Part shown: positions 55,396 through 64,000 of the stretch, one piece after another
Layout: every line of letters begins with the position of its first letter
Numbering within the stretch: the first letter of the stretch is position 1
NCBI GenBank assembly: GCA_964650645.1
Contig: CAZYUH010000001.1
Coordinates: 475,099-539,098 of the forward strand
DNA: 64,000 nt
Source of the DNA: an uncultured Candidatus Saccharibacteria bacterium
GTDB taxonomy: Bacteria > Patescibacteriota > Minisyncoccia > Phycocordibacterales > SBAW01
Direction: 5' to 3'
The notes under the pieces: model-generated
What the model saw: the letters and a program-made list of their open reading frames with translations, nothing else
What the model was told of the DNA's origin: nothing
Databases searched by the model: none
Program-made: the position numbers and the translations under genes

Positions 55396-57317
55396 GACAG
55401 GGTATCGGGCAGGAGTATCTTCAGGAGCTTCTTGAGCGACATCTTCGCGACGCCGATCACGGTGTCGGCACCGCCGTAGTATACAAGAAGCGTGTCGCCG
55501 CGCAGCACCGCCCCGCAGGAGAACACGACGTTGCGTATCTGGCCCACGCGCTCGTACTCCTCTATGGGCTCGAATATCGTGTCGACGCTGCGCGAGAGCA
55601 CGATGGCGGGGTTCTTGAGGTCCAGAAGCACCGCGCCCAGCCGGTAGGTGCTCGTCTTTGATACGCCGTGGTAGATGAGCAGCCAGCCCTTGGGGGTCTT
55701 TATAGGCGGCCCGGCGATGCCGACCTTCTTGGAGTCCCACATGCCGGCGCGCGGGCCCATGAGCTCGATGCAGCGCGTGAGCCTGCTCTTCTTGAAATCG
55801 AGCGTGTCGAGGAAGTCCGCGCAGATCATGGGGTCGATGCGGTGCATGAGCATGTACTGGCCGCCGACCTTCTCTTCAAGGAGGCACGTGTCCTTGTCCT
55901 GCACGTTGTCGGGCGTGACGAGCTGGGGCGCGCTCCACTTGTCGAAGCGCTTCGCGACGAAATCCTTCACTGAAATGCTCGAGAGCGCGGCGCGCCACGG
56001 GTCGGCGCCGTTGTAGGCGGTATAGGCGAGGTAGATGGTGTTGCCGATGCGGGTGAGCCGCGGGTCCTCGCAGCCCGAGCCCGAGCCGGGCGGCCCCTTC
56101 TTCATCTCGAACTCCTCGCGCGGCAGGTAGGCGGGCGTCGCCATGCGCTCCAGTATCTTCGTGCCGTTCTTGGTAGAGGCGTACCCGAGTACGGACGTGT
56201 TGTCGTCGCCGAGCGCCCGGTACAAAAGGTGCACGGTGCCGTCGATGTCTATCGCGGCCGCGTTGAAGACCGCCCGGTTCTCCCACGTATGCTCCGGCAC
56301 GGGGGAAAGGAGGGGGTTCTCCTTGGCCCTCTTGGCAAGCTCGACGCGGCGCGCGGGGATTATGGCCGAGAGGAGGTCGGGGAGGTTCACCGACGCGCGG
56401 GCGCATACGGTGTCGGCGCCTCCGTAGTAGATGTCCACGCGCCCGTTCTTTTCAATGAGCGCGCCGGTGGGGAAGACGATGTTGGGCACGATGCCGTAGC
56501 GCTCGTAGATCTCCTCGGGCACCATGATGGGGCCGCGCGTGGCGCCCGCTATCCGGTAAGGGTCGTTCAGGTCAAGGAGGAGCGCCTCGATGCCGAAGAC
56601 CCGCTCGCCGCCGCCGAAGTAGTTCTGTATGTAGGAATAGAACATGAGCCAGCCGTCCTTGGTCTTTATTGGCGCGGAGCCCACCTCGACGTGGTCGTGC
56701 TCGAAGCGCAGGGGGTTGATGACATGGTCGTCGAGGTTCGCGTGCCACTTCTCCCAGAAGGAGAGGTCCCACAGCTCCTCCATTTCGTCGCACTGGGCTA
56801 TGGCTATCTTGGCCGGCGGCTCGTCGGTGTGCGCGGTGAGGATGACGGTTATCTTGCCGTTGATACGCTCCGGGAAGAGCGCCATCGCCTTGGCGTTGAA
56901 CGGCGTGATGAGGTGGCGCTCCTCTATGGTCTCGAGGTCCTTTGAGATAGCGCATGCGACCTTGATGTTGCCCGGGCCGAACGGCATGCCGCCGAGCGCC
57001 GTGTAGAAGATATAGTACTTGCCCTCGAAGAACGTCGCGCGCGGGTCCTCGCAGCCGTACTTCTCCCAGGGCTCTTCCGGCACGATGAACTGCCGGCGGT
57101 TCTGGAAGTGGCGGCCGTCGAGCGTGAGCGCCTTGCCGATAGTCGAGACGCCGTCGGGCGCCATGAGCGCGTCGGGGCGCCCGAGCGCGCGGTACAGGAC
57201 GTGCGTGATTGCGCCCTTTTTTACGGGCGAGGGGTTGAAGGTGCCGTGCGCCTCCCATGGCTTGTCGCCGATGGGGGAGATGAGGGGGTTGTGGCCGCTG
57301 CGCTTGATAACGTACAT
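55392..57317 (-). CDS. Tandem two-domain GH130-like glycosidase/phosphorylase
   Basis: Two repeats of FN(P/A), LYRA, GCEDPR, YE..G..NVVF, YYGGAD. Start at ATG 57317. Confidence 0.88.
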   Translation of the reverse strand: MYVIKRSGHNPLISPIGDKPWEAHGTFNPSPVKKGAITHVLYRALGRPDALMAPDGVSTIGKALTLDGRHFQNRRQFIVPEEPWEKYGCEDPRATFFEGKYYIFYTALGGMPFGPGNIKVACAISKDLETIEERHLITPFNAKAMALFPERINGKITVILTAHTDEPPAKIAIAQCDEMEELWDLSFWEKWHANLDDHVINPLRFEHDHVEVGSAPIKTKDGWLMFYSYIQNYFGGGERVFGIEALLLDLNDPYRIAGATRGPIMVPEEIYERYGIVPNIVFPTGALIEKNGRVDIYYGGADTVCARASVNLPDLLSAIIPARRVELAKRAKENPLLSPVPEHTWENRAVFNAAAIDIDGTVHLLYRALGDDNTSVLGYASTKNGTKILERMATPAYLPREEFEMKKGPPGSGSGCEDPRLTRIGNTIYLAYTAYNGADPWRAALSSISVKDFVAKRFDKWSAPQLVTPDNVQDKDTCLLEEKVGGQYMLMHRIDPMICADFLDTLDFKKSRLTRCIELMGPRAGMWDSKKVGIAGPPIKTPKGWLLIYHGVSKTSTYRLGAVLLDLKNPAIVLSRSVDTIFEPIEEYERVGQIRNVVFSCGAVLRGDTLLVYYGGADTVIGVAKMSLKKLLKILLPDTLS

Positions 57318-57331
57318 GCTCGTATTATATG

Positions 57332-58465
57332 TCAGGCTTTTACGGGCACGAGGTCCGCGCGCTGGCCGTGGGCCAGTTTCAGCAGGAAGTCGTCGAGATT
57401 GGCGCGCGCGGCGGCCACGTACTTGTCGCCGCCGCCGTAGTACACCAAGAGGTCCTCGCCGACGATGACCGCGCCCGAGACGTACACGACGCCGGGCTTC
57501 CAGTCGTTCTCGTACCACTCATCGGGCTCCAGCACGGGCTCCTTCGAGCGGTGCAGGATTTTCTTGGGGTTCTTGAGGTCAAGGAGCATCGCGCCCACCT
57601 TGTACTTGTGCGGCTCGCGCTCGTCTATGGCGTGGTAGAACAGGAGCCACCCGTCCTTGGTGCGAAGCGGCGGCGCGCCCGCGCCGCGCAGGCGGCTGTC
57701 CCACGCCTTGGGGCGCTGGGCGCGCTCGAAGCGGCTGCGTATGTAGGCGGAGTCGTTCGCGTCGCCCGGCTGTATGTAGGCGATCTGTATCTCGGGCTCC
57801 AGGTTGTGCAAGATGCCGTAGCGCCCGCGTATCTTCTCGGGGAAGAGCACCCAGTTCTTCTGCACCTCGCCGGGCGGCGAGAGGTACACGCCGCGCTCCC
57901 AATTGAAAAATCCCTGCTCGAGCTCGGTGAGCGGCAGGAAGGAGAGCATCATGCGCACGTTGCTCCATCCCTCGAACGAAGTGAACGTCATGCAGACGTG
58001 CCCGTCGATGACGACGGCGCGCGGGTCTTCCGTGCCGCCCCAGCCGCCGCCCGAGCCGTGCGTCGTGGTGTCGTAGGAGAGCGGCGCGTACTTCCTCGCA
58101 CCGCGCCGCGCGCGCTCCAGGCTCGCGGGCGACGGGTCGTAGGCGGGGGAGCTTGAGCGCGTAAAATGCACGCCGTCGTCGCTGTGCGCGTAGCCGATGC
58201 GCGATACGCCGTCCTGCCCTATGGCGCGGTACAGGAGGTGCACCTTGCCGCCGTGCACGAACGCCGCCGGGTTGAACACCGCCTCGGACTCCCACCAGTT
58301 CGCGGGATCGGGCGAAAGAACGGGGTTGTTTTCCGCGCGCTCGAGCCTGAGGCTGGGCTTGTAGGCGGCGTAGAGCCTGCCTAGGATATAGAAAACGGCC
58401 AACAGGCACGCAAAAAGAAGGGCGACGACGAGGAATGGGAGATACCAGGCGCTAAGCGCGTCCAT
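57332..58465 (-). CDS. GH130-like glycosidase/phosphorylase with N-terminal TM
   Basis: VFNPAA, LYRA, EDPR, KNWVLFP, YYGGGD. Confidence 0.88.
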   Translation of the reverse strand: MDALSAWYLPFLVVALLFACLLAVFYILGRLYAAYKPSLRLERAENNPVLSPDPANWWESEAVFNPAAFVHGGKVHLLYRAIGQDGVSRIGYAHSDDGVHFTRSSSPAYDPSPASLERARRGARKYAPLSYDTTTHGSGGGWGGTEDPRAVVIDGHVCMTFTSFEGWSNVRMMLSFLPLTELEQGFFNWERGVYLSPPGEVQKNWVLFPEKIRGRYGILHNLEPEIQIAYIQPGDANDSAYIRSRFERAQRPKAWDSRLRGAGAPPLRTKDGWLLFYHAIDEREPHKYKVGAMLLDLKNPKKILHRSKEPVLEPDEWYENDWKPGVVYVSGAVIVGEDLLVYYGGGDKYVAAARANLDDFLLKLAHGQRADLVPVKA

Positions 58466-58805
58466 ACCGGTCCTCTATCCTTGTAATGTCGCGCTCGTCG
58501 AAGTCGCCGAAGGCTATCTCGAGGAACTCAACGCCCTCGGGGCCGGCTTCCATGCGGTGCGCGCGCCCGGCAGGGCAGAAGAACTGCGCTCCCGGGGCGG
58601 CCTCGTGCGTCTCGCTGCCGAGCGTCACGCGCCCGGAGCCCGCGAGGATGCGCCAGAACTCGCCGCGGTGCTCGTGAGTCTGCAGGCTGAACGCCTCGCC
58701 GGGGCGCACGGCGATGATCTTGACGGTCGAGGGCTCGTTGAGGGTGAAGCGCTCATAGCCTCCCCACGGACGCGCGTCCTTCTCGTACCCTGAAAGGCCT
58801 TCCAT
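58452..58805 (-). CDS. Cupin, type II phosphomannose isomerase C-terminal domain
   Basis: RPWGGY, SLQTHEHRGEFW, AHR, EIAFG..ERDITRIEDRYGR. Confidence 0.88.
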   Translation of the reverse strand: MEGLSGYEKDARPWGGYERFTLNEPSTVKIIAVRPGEAFSLQTHEHRGEFWRILAGSGRVTLGSETHEAAPGAQFFCPAGRAHRMEAGPEGVEFLEIAFGDFDERDITRIEDRYGRA

Positions 58806-59128
58806 GCCCCTTATTGTACGCCTCAAATCAAGCGGCTCATGGAAGGCCGAGTGGATAGCCGCTCGCGCCGGAGGGCCAGGACGCCTTTGGCGGCCCGGCC
58901 CTCCGGCTCAGGTGCTTAATTGTTCCATCTTGTTCTTTTCGACCGCGTTATGGCTTGTATGCCTGTTATAACCTCGCGCTGTCTTTCAAAGTGACGGCGG
59001 CCGCCATGCGGCTCATGTGCGCCGTCCTTCCAGTAGCGCGGCTTTTCCCGCCTGCGCTACATCGCACATGCTAGCAAGGCGCGATAAAGCCAGGATGAAT
59101 ATCCGCATGAAGGAATCGCATTAAGCGC

Positions 59129-60166
59129 TCATGCCTTCCTGTCCGAGAAGTCGAGCGTCGTCTTGCTCGACTCCTGCGCATGGCGCGCCGCGGCGCCGCC
59201 CAGCGGCAGCATGACGGATACCGTCGTGCCGCCCCGGCGCTTCTGGCTCTTGCGGCGGCTCTCGACGAGTATCTTGCCGCGGTGCGCGCGCACCATCTCG
59301 TTGACGATGGTAAGCCCCAGTCCCGAGCCCTCTTCCTGGCCGCGGCGGTTGCGCGACCCGTCCGCGCGGTAGAACGGCTCGAATACGTGCAGCAATTCCT
59401 CGTGCGTCATCCCCACGCCCGTATCCGCGACCTCGAAGAGCACCATGCCTTCCTGCGGCCTGAGGGTCACGGTGACGCTCCCGCCGTCCTTTTGGGGAGT
59501 GTAGGAGAGCGCGTTCTTCACGATATTGCTTATGACCTGCTCGAGCGCTACGGCATTGCCCCAGACTATCGAGCCGCGCTCGCAGCGCGCAGAGAGCTTG
59601 ATGCCGCGCTCGCGCGCAAGGGCCTGGTGGCGCGCGACGACCGCTTCGGTGAGCGGGATGAGGTCGAGGTTCTTGAATTGCATGCGCTCGGGGCGGGCGA
59701 GCGCGTTTAGGGAGAGCAGGTTGTTAATGATGTCGGAGATGCGGTTGAGCTCCCCGATTATCTCCTTGAACGTGGCGCCGAGCTCCTCCCTGAGCGCGGG
59801 GTCCATGAGCGCCACCTCGCTGTTGGTCTTTATTATGGAAAGCGGCGTGCGCAATTCGTGGGCGATGTTGGAGATGAAGAGCTTCTGGTGGCGCAGGTTG
59901 TCGCGCGCGGGCTTCAGGCTCAGCCGTATCAGCATGCCCGAGGCGGCGATGGAGAGCGCCAAGAGGACCGTGAGCATGACAAGGCTCTGGCCGGCGCTTG
60001 CCGCCACGAATAAGAGCGCGCCTATGCACAGGAGGGTGAAGCCGAGCTGGAGAGCGACGATATGGACGGCGGTGCGGAAGAAGATGTCGCTCTGGTAGCT
60101 ATGCGCGTACCTCCCCCATAAGGCGGTAGCCCACGCCGCGAACTGTCTCAAATAGTTGTTCACCAT
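59129..60166 (-). CDS. Sensor histidine kinase (HisKA-HATPase)
   Basis: AHELRTPL, NIVKNA, DTGVG, FEPFYR, GSGLGL; two adjacent TMs. Confidence 0.93.
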   Translation of the reverse strand: MVNNYLRQFAAWATALWGRYAHSYQSDIFFRTAVHIVALQLGFTLLCIGALLFVAASAGQSLVMLTVLLALSIAASGMLIRLSLKPARDNLRHQKLFISNIAHELRTPLSIIKTNSEVALMDPALREELGATFKEIIGELNRISDIINNLLSLNALARPERMQFKNLDLIPLTEAVVARHQALARERGIKLSARCERGSIVWGNAVALEQVISNIVKNALSYTPQKDGGSVTVTLRPQEGMVLFEVADTGVGMTHEELLHVFEPFYRADGSRNRRGQEEGSGLGLTIVNEMVRAHRGKILVESRRKSQKRRGGTTVSVMLPLGGAAARHAQESSKTTLDFSDRKA

Positions 60167-60788
60167 CGTCGTTTTGGCCGAGCTTCTTGCGCAGGTTCTT
60201 CATGTGCACGTCGAGCACGTTGCTCCAGGAGAGGGAATTGAAGTCCCACACGTGGTCGAACAGCTTCTCGCGCGAAAGGACCTCGTTGGGCTGGCGCATG
60301 AAGCACTCCAGCAGCGAGAACTCCTTGAGCGTGAGCGATATCTCCTCGCCGTCGCGCTTGACCGTGCGCGTGGCCATGTCCATCTCCAAGGGGCCGACCT
60401 TGAGCGTGACGGGCTTCTGCTGCGCGGGGCGGCGCAGGACGGCGTTGATGCGCGAGAGCAGCTCCTCGAAGGAGAACGGCTTGACGATGTAGTCGTCGGC
60501 GCCCTTGTTGAGCAGGTCCACCTTGTGCTCTGTCTCGTTGCGCGCGGTGAGTATGACAATGGGCGTCACGACGCCCTCGCGGCGCACGGACTCGGTGATG
60601 GTCGCGCCGTCGAGCCCCGGGAGCATGAGGTCGAGTATGATGAGGTCGTACTCGTTGCGGTAGAGGAGTATGCGGCTGCGGGCCTTCTCGGGGTCGGGAA
60701 GCCAGTCGACCGCGAACCCCTTGAGTTCCAGCCCCTTCTTAAGGGCTTTCGCCAAGCGCTCCTCGTCTTCGACGATAAGTAAGTGCAT
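60099..60788 (-). CDS. OmpR-family response regulator
   Basis: VEDE, LDLMLP, GADDYIVKPF, winged helix LRKKL..TVRGVGY. Confidence 0.95.
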   Translation of the reverse strand: MHLLIVEDEERLAKALKKGLELKGFAVDWLPDPEKARSRILLYRNEYDLIILDLMLPGLDGATITESVRREGVVTPIVILTARNETEHKVDLLNKGADDYIVKPFSFEELLSRINAVLRRPAQQKPVTLKVGPLEMDMATRTVKRDGEEISLTLKEFSLLECFMRQPNEVLSREKLFDHVWDFNSLSWSNVLDVHMKNLRKKLGQNDDGEQLFETVRGVGYRLMGEVRA

Positions 60789-60900
60789 AGGGGAGTGTAT
60801 GAACGATTAATACCACTACAGTGTGACCCAAACAACCTGAACTATTCATGAATTGTTCCGTTAGATGAAAAAATACCGCCCGGTTGAGCGGTATTCCGGC

Positions 60901-61533
60901 TTATGCTGACTTGAAGAGCGCCCAGTCGCGGGGCATGAGCCATTGCGCGATGTGCAGTATGCCGTAGGTGATGAAGAACGCCGAGGCTACGTCGATGGTG
61001 TAGTGGATGTGCGCCAGAAGGACGACCGCGGCGAAGAAGAGGGAGGCGGCGAGGAAGAACGCGGCCTCGCGCTTCTGTATGCGCCACAGGGCGAGCGCGC
61101 CCAGGAACGGCATGCCGGTGTGCGCCGAGAAGAACTGGTCCGCGCCGAAGAAGGAGCGCACGATGGTGTCGCCGAAGTCGGTCACGTACTGCGCCTCCGG
61201 CGGGCCCAGGTGCGTCATGAGCGTGAAGAGCGAGCGGATGACGATGAACAGCGCTACCGCCTTGAGCGCGAAGGGAATCCGCTTGGGGCGGCTGAATATT
61301 ATCGAGGCGCTCACCGCGGCGACGACGAAAGTGCCGTACACGAACACGCCGTCAAGATCGAAGACGGGGATATTGGAGAGGATGATGTCCTGGACGCCGG
61401 CGCCGGCGCGGGCCGTCGCCTGCGCTATCGCCCAGAAATTCACGCAGAGCGCGGCGCCAAGCGCCGCGCTCCCGGCCGCCGCGGAAGCGATGAAGCCGGG
61501 CTCTCGGAAGGCGTCCCGGTACCGTCTGGCCAC
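60901..61533 (-). CDS. PAP2-superfamily membrane enzyme, sphingomyelin/IPC synthase-like
   Basis: Multi-TM; DQFFSAHTG and HIHYTIDV motifs; start uncertain. Confidence 0.75.
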   Translation of the reverse strand: MARRYRDAFREPGFIASAAAGSAALGAALCVNFWAIAQATARAGAGVQDIILSNIPVFDLDGVFVYGTFVVAAVSASIIFSRPKRIPFALKAVALFIVIRSLFTLMTHLGPPEAQYVTDFGDTIVRSFFGADQFFSAHTGMPFLGALALWRIQKREAAFFLAASLFFAAVVLLAHIHYTIDVASAFFITYGILHIAQWLMPRDWALFKSA

Positions 61534-61580
61534 TATTGAAACCACCCTCCAATGATACAATGCCACTGCAGATACCCGCC

Positions 61581-62183
61581 ATGTCCCCCTTTACGCTCGA
61601 AGGCTCCATAGCGCTCCTCTCGGCCTGGGGCTACGCCGTCCTGCTTCCCTTGTCGATAATCGAGGGCCCCATCGTGGGCATCTTCGCGGGCTTCCTGGTG
61701 TCATTGGGGCAGATGAACTGGGCCATCGCGTTCGCGGTGCTGTTCGCGGGGGACATGATAGGCGACGTCATCTACTACTATGTCGGCCGGTGGGGCCACG
61801 GGCCGTGGGCGCACCGCCTGGCGGCGCGCTTCGGGGTGACGCAGGAGCGCCTGGAAAAATTCGACGCGGCGTTCCATAAGCACGCGGTCAAGATACTCCT
61901 CATAAACAAGACGCAGGCGCTCGGCTCGCTCACGCTGTACTACGCGGGCGCGGTGCGCATGCCGATGTTCACGTTCCTGTGGGTCAACACGGTAGGCACC
62001 ATACCAAAAAACGCGCTGTTCCTGGCCGCCGGCTACTATTTCGGGGAGAGCTACCGGAGCATCGACAGGTACCTGGGCTACGCGGGCTGGGCGACGCTCG
62101 CGATACCCGTCCTTCTCATCGCGGGCTACTGGCTCTTCAAACTCTACTACAAGGGCCGCAACGAGGTCGAGGAGATCGTATGA
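61581..62183 (+). CDS. DedA/VTT family membrane protein
   Basis: IEGP..AGFL, GDMIGD..YYVGR, AGAVRMP..F. Confidence 0.88.
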   Translation: MSPFTLEGSIALLSAWGYAVLLPLSIIEGPIVGIFAGFLVSLGQMNWAIAFAVLFAGDMIGDVIYYYVGRWGHGPWAHRLAARFGVTQERLEKFDAAFHKHAVKILLINKTQALGSLTLYYAGAVRMPMFTFLWVNTVGTIPKNALFLAAGYYFGESYRSIDRYLGYAGWATLAIPVLLIAGYWLFKLYYKGRNEVEEIV

Positions 62184-63214
62184 AGAGGCTCCTCATCGTG
62201 ACCGACACCTGGGCGCCGAAAATCGACGGCGTCGTGCGCTCCATAGAGTTCCGCGCGCGCGAGCTCGAGCGGATGGGGTTTGCCGTAACGGTCGCGCATC
62301 CGGGACAGTTCAGGACGGTGCCGTTTCCGCTGTACCCGGAGCTGAGGCTCGCAGTGTTTCCCAAGCGGCGCCTGCGCGGGACGATTGCCGCCCTGCGGCC
62401 CGATTACATACATATAGAAACGGAAGGGACGCTCGGGCTCGCCGCGCGCTCGCTGTGCCGGCGCCAGGGCCTGCGCTTCACGTCCTCGTACCATACCCAC
62501 TTCCAGCTGTACGCCGACGTGTACGCCCGCCTGCCTATCCGCTTTCTGCTGGTGCCCGCCGCCGCGGCCCTGCGCTGGTTCCATGGCGCGGCCGCGCGCA
62601 CGTTCGTCTCGACCGAGAGCCTGCGCGAGGAGCTTGCGCGCCAGGGGTTCAAGAACCTTGCCGTGTGCCCGCTCGGGGTGGATACGAGCCTGTTCGTCCG
62701 CGCTCCGCAGGGGCATGACCGCGGGCTCGCGCGCCCGGTGTTCGCGTTCTTCAGCCGCGTCGCCCCCGAGAAGAGCCCGGAGGAATTCCTGAAGCTCGAT
62801 TTGCCGGGCACCAAGCTCGTCATCGGCGACGGGCCTGACCGCAAGCGCCTGGAGAAGAAATATCCTAAGGCCGTGTTCGCGGGCTTCCAGCGCGGGCGCG
62901 ATTTGGCGGACTGGCTTTCGTCGGTGGACGTCGTCGTGATGCCGTCGCGCACCGAGACCTTCGGGCTCGTGGTCATCGAGTCGCTCGCGATGGGCATCCC
63001 GGTGGCGGCGCACGACGTGATGGGCCCGCGCGACATCGTGAAAAGCGGCGTGCACGGGTGCCTGTCCGAGGACTTGCGCGAAGCGGCGCTCAAGTGCCTC
63101 GATATACCGCGCGAGGCGTGCCGCGCCCGCGCGCTCGAGTTCTCGTGGAAAGCGTCGGCCGAGGCGTACGCGGGGAACCTGGAGCCGGCGGGGGAGTCTG
63201 GCGCACACAAGTAA
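62180..63214 (+). CDS. GT4 glycosyltransferase (monoglycosyl-diacylglycerol synthase-like)
   Basis: VTDTWAP.IDGV, HIETEG, YHTHF, GVD, RVAPEK, PSRTETFGLV.IE; ATGA overlap with DedA. Confidence 0.9.
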   Translation: MKRLLIVTDTWAPKIDGVVRSIEFRARELERMGFAVTVAHPGQFRTVPFPLYPELRLAVFPKRRLRGTIAALRPDYIHIETEGTLGLAARSLCRRQGLRFTSSYHTHFQLYADVYARLPIRFLLVPAAAALRWFHGAAARTFVSTESLREELARQGFKNLAVCPLGVDTSLFVRAPQGHDRGLARPVFAFFSRVAPEKSPEEFLKLDLPGTKLVIGDGPDRKRLEKKYPKAVFAGFQRGRDLADWLSSVDVVVMPSRTETFGLVVIESLAMGIPVAAHDVMGPRDIVKSGVHGCLSEDLREAALKCLDIPREACRARALEFSWKASAEAYAGNLEPAGESGAHK

Positions 63215-63270
63215 AAGGCCCGGCTGGTGTACAGCCGGGCTCTTGCCTGCGTCATCTCGCCCGCTCCTTT

Positions 63271-63423
63271 TTAGGGGCCGACGGGCGGGACCATTGTCGC
63301 CAGCGCGAAGGCTGTCAGCAGGAAGATAATGATGATCGGCCATATGCGCGCCGTCCGATCCGGTTGCGCGGACTCGTCGGAAAACCGGCCAGCCTCTTCA
63401 AGGGCGTCAGGGTGTCGTTTCAT
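63271..63423 (-). CDS. 50-aa protein with one TM (MKRHPDALEE...)
   Basis: Translated by hand; GGAGG SD; IWPIIIIFLLTAFALA helix. Confidence 0.5.
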   Translation of the reverse strand: MKRHPDALEEAGRFSDESAQPDRTARIWPIIIIFLLTAFALATMVPPVGP

Positions 63424-63541
63424 TAAGCAGCCTCCGTAGCATGCGTGTGGGCCCCGCTACTAGTTAGACACCCGCGGGACGAAAAGGTCAAGCGTGCCGC
63501 GCAGCGCGGCCGAAAACCAGTGCTAGGATGGGGAAACAGCC

Positions 63542-64000
63542 ATGAGGTTCCCGAGGCTAAAAGCGCTTTTGTTCGCGGCCGTAGCGGGCGTTGTCGCCGT
63601 GGCCGGGGTGCGCTATGCGCAGCTCGGGCTTGTCGATATGGCGCCCCAGCAGGCGGCCGCCGTGCTCGGTGCCGCGGCCGCTTCCGGAGATGCTCCCGAC
63701 GCGACCCTCCAATGGGTCATCGCGGGCGGCTACGCGCTCGTCTTCTTCGGCATGATGATAGAGGGGCCGATTGTTACTGCGGCCGCGGCATTCGCCGCGT
63801 CGCTCGGGTATTTCAACATCTGGGCAGTGCTCGCGCTTTCCATTGCAGGCGACCTCACGGTGGACTCGTGCCTGTTCTTCGCGGGCCGGATGCTGCGCAC
63901 GAGGGTCGTGGAGCGCTACGGGCACCGCGTGGGGCTTTCGAGTGCGCGCATGCGCCGCATCGAGCAGGTGCTCAAGACCCACCCGCGCAAGGCTATTGTC
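63542..64000 (+). CDS. Second DedA family protein, truncated by window end
   Basis: Translated by hand: GYALVFFGMMIEGPIVTAAAAFAASLG..GDLTVD; frame open to the end. Confidence 0.8.
   Translation, partial: MRFPRLKALLFAAVAGVVAVAGVRYAQLGLVDMAPQQAAAVLGAAAASGDAPDATLQWVIAGGYALVFFGMMIEGPIVTAAAAFAASLGYFNIWAVLALSIAGDLTVDSCLFFAGRMLRTRVVERYGHRVGLSSARMRRIEQVLKTHPRKAIV

Noticed and set aside
58917-59016. 32-aa minus-strand ORF (MSRMAAAVTLKD...) followed by a GC hairpin
   Set aside because: Weak SD and no distinguishing features; not enough support to call.

Overview
GC-rich bacterial chromosome segment whose gene content and streamlined proteins point to a Patescibacteria/CPR (Parcubacteria-like) genome using the standard code; the taxonomy is an inference. 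It is mostly scattered housekeeping genes (pheST, gyrB, thrS, dnaE, rnhB, rpmF, nusB, rnc, smc, rnr, rpsP, khpA, trmD, a single fused rpoB-rpoC ORF, dnaG, rpoD, hisS, truB, nrdAB) interleaved with small orphan genes. No rRNA, tRNA, CRISPR array, transposase or prophage was seen. Main observations: (1) a dispersed family of about 100-nt branched palindromic elements with a conserved core and compensatory base changes, with three copies directly behind stop codons and a probable fourth translated in frame inside dnaE; (2) a fused beta-beta' RNA polymerase with a non-canonical trigger loop, bridge helix and rifampicin pocket; (3) a sortase locus with a TPYTG-signal Tyr/Asp-repeat surface protein, a Gly/Tyr-rich secreted protein and an orphan gene with a wobble-rich structured leader and duplicated internal hairpin-SD-ATG starts; (4) a class Ic (Mn/Fe-type) ribonucleotide reductase; (5) a short, apparently hinge-less SMC; (6) mannoside (GH130/PMM/PMI) and lipid-modification (SMS-like/DedA/GT4) clusters; (7) apparently leaderless core genes alongside SD-led orphan mini-cassettes. 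All calls come from motif recognition by eye; no searches were run.
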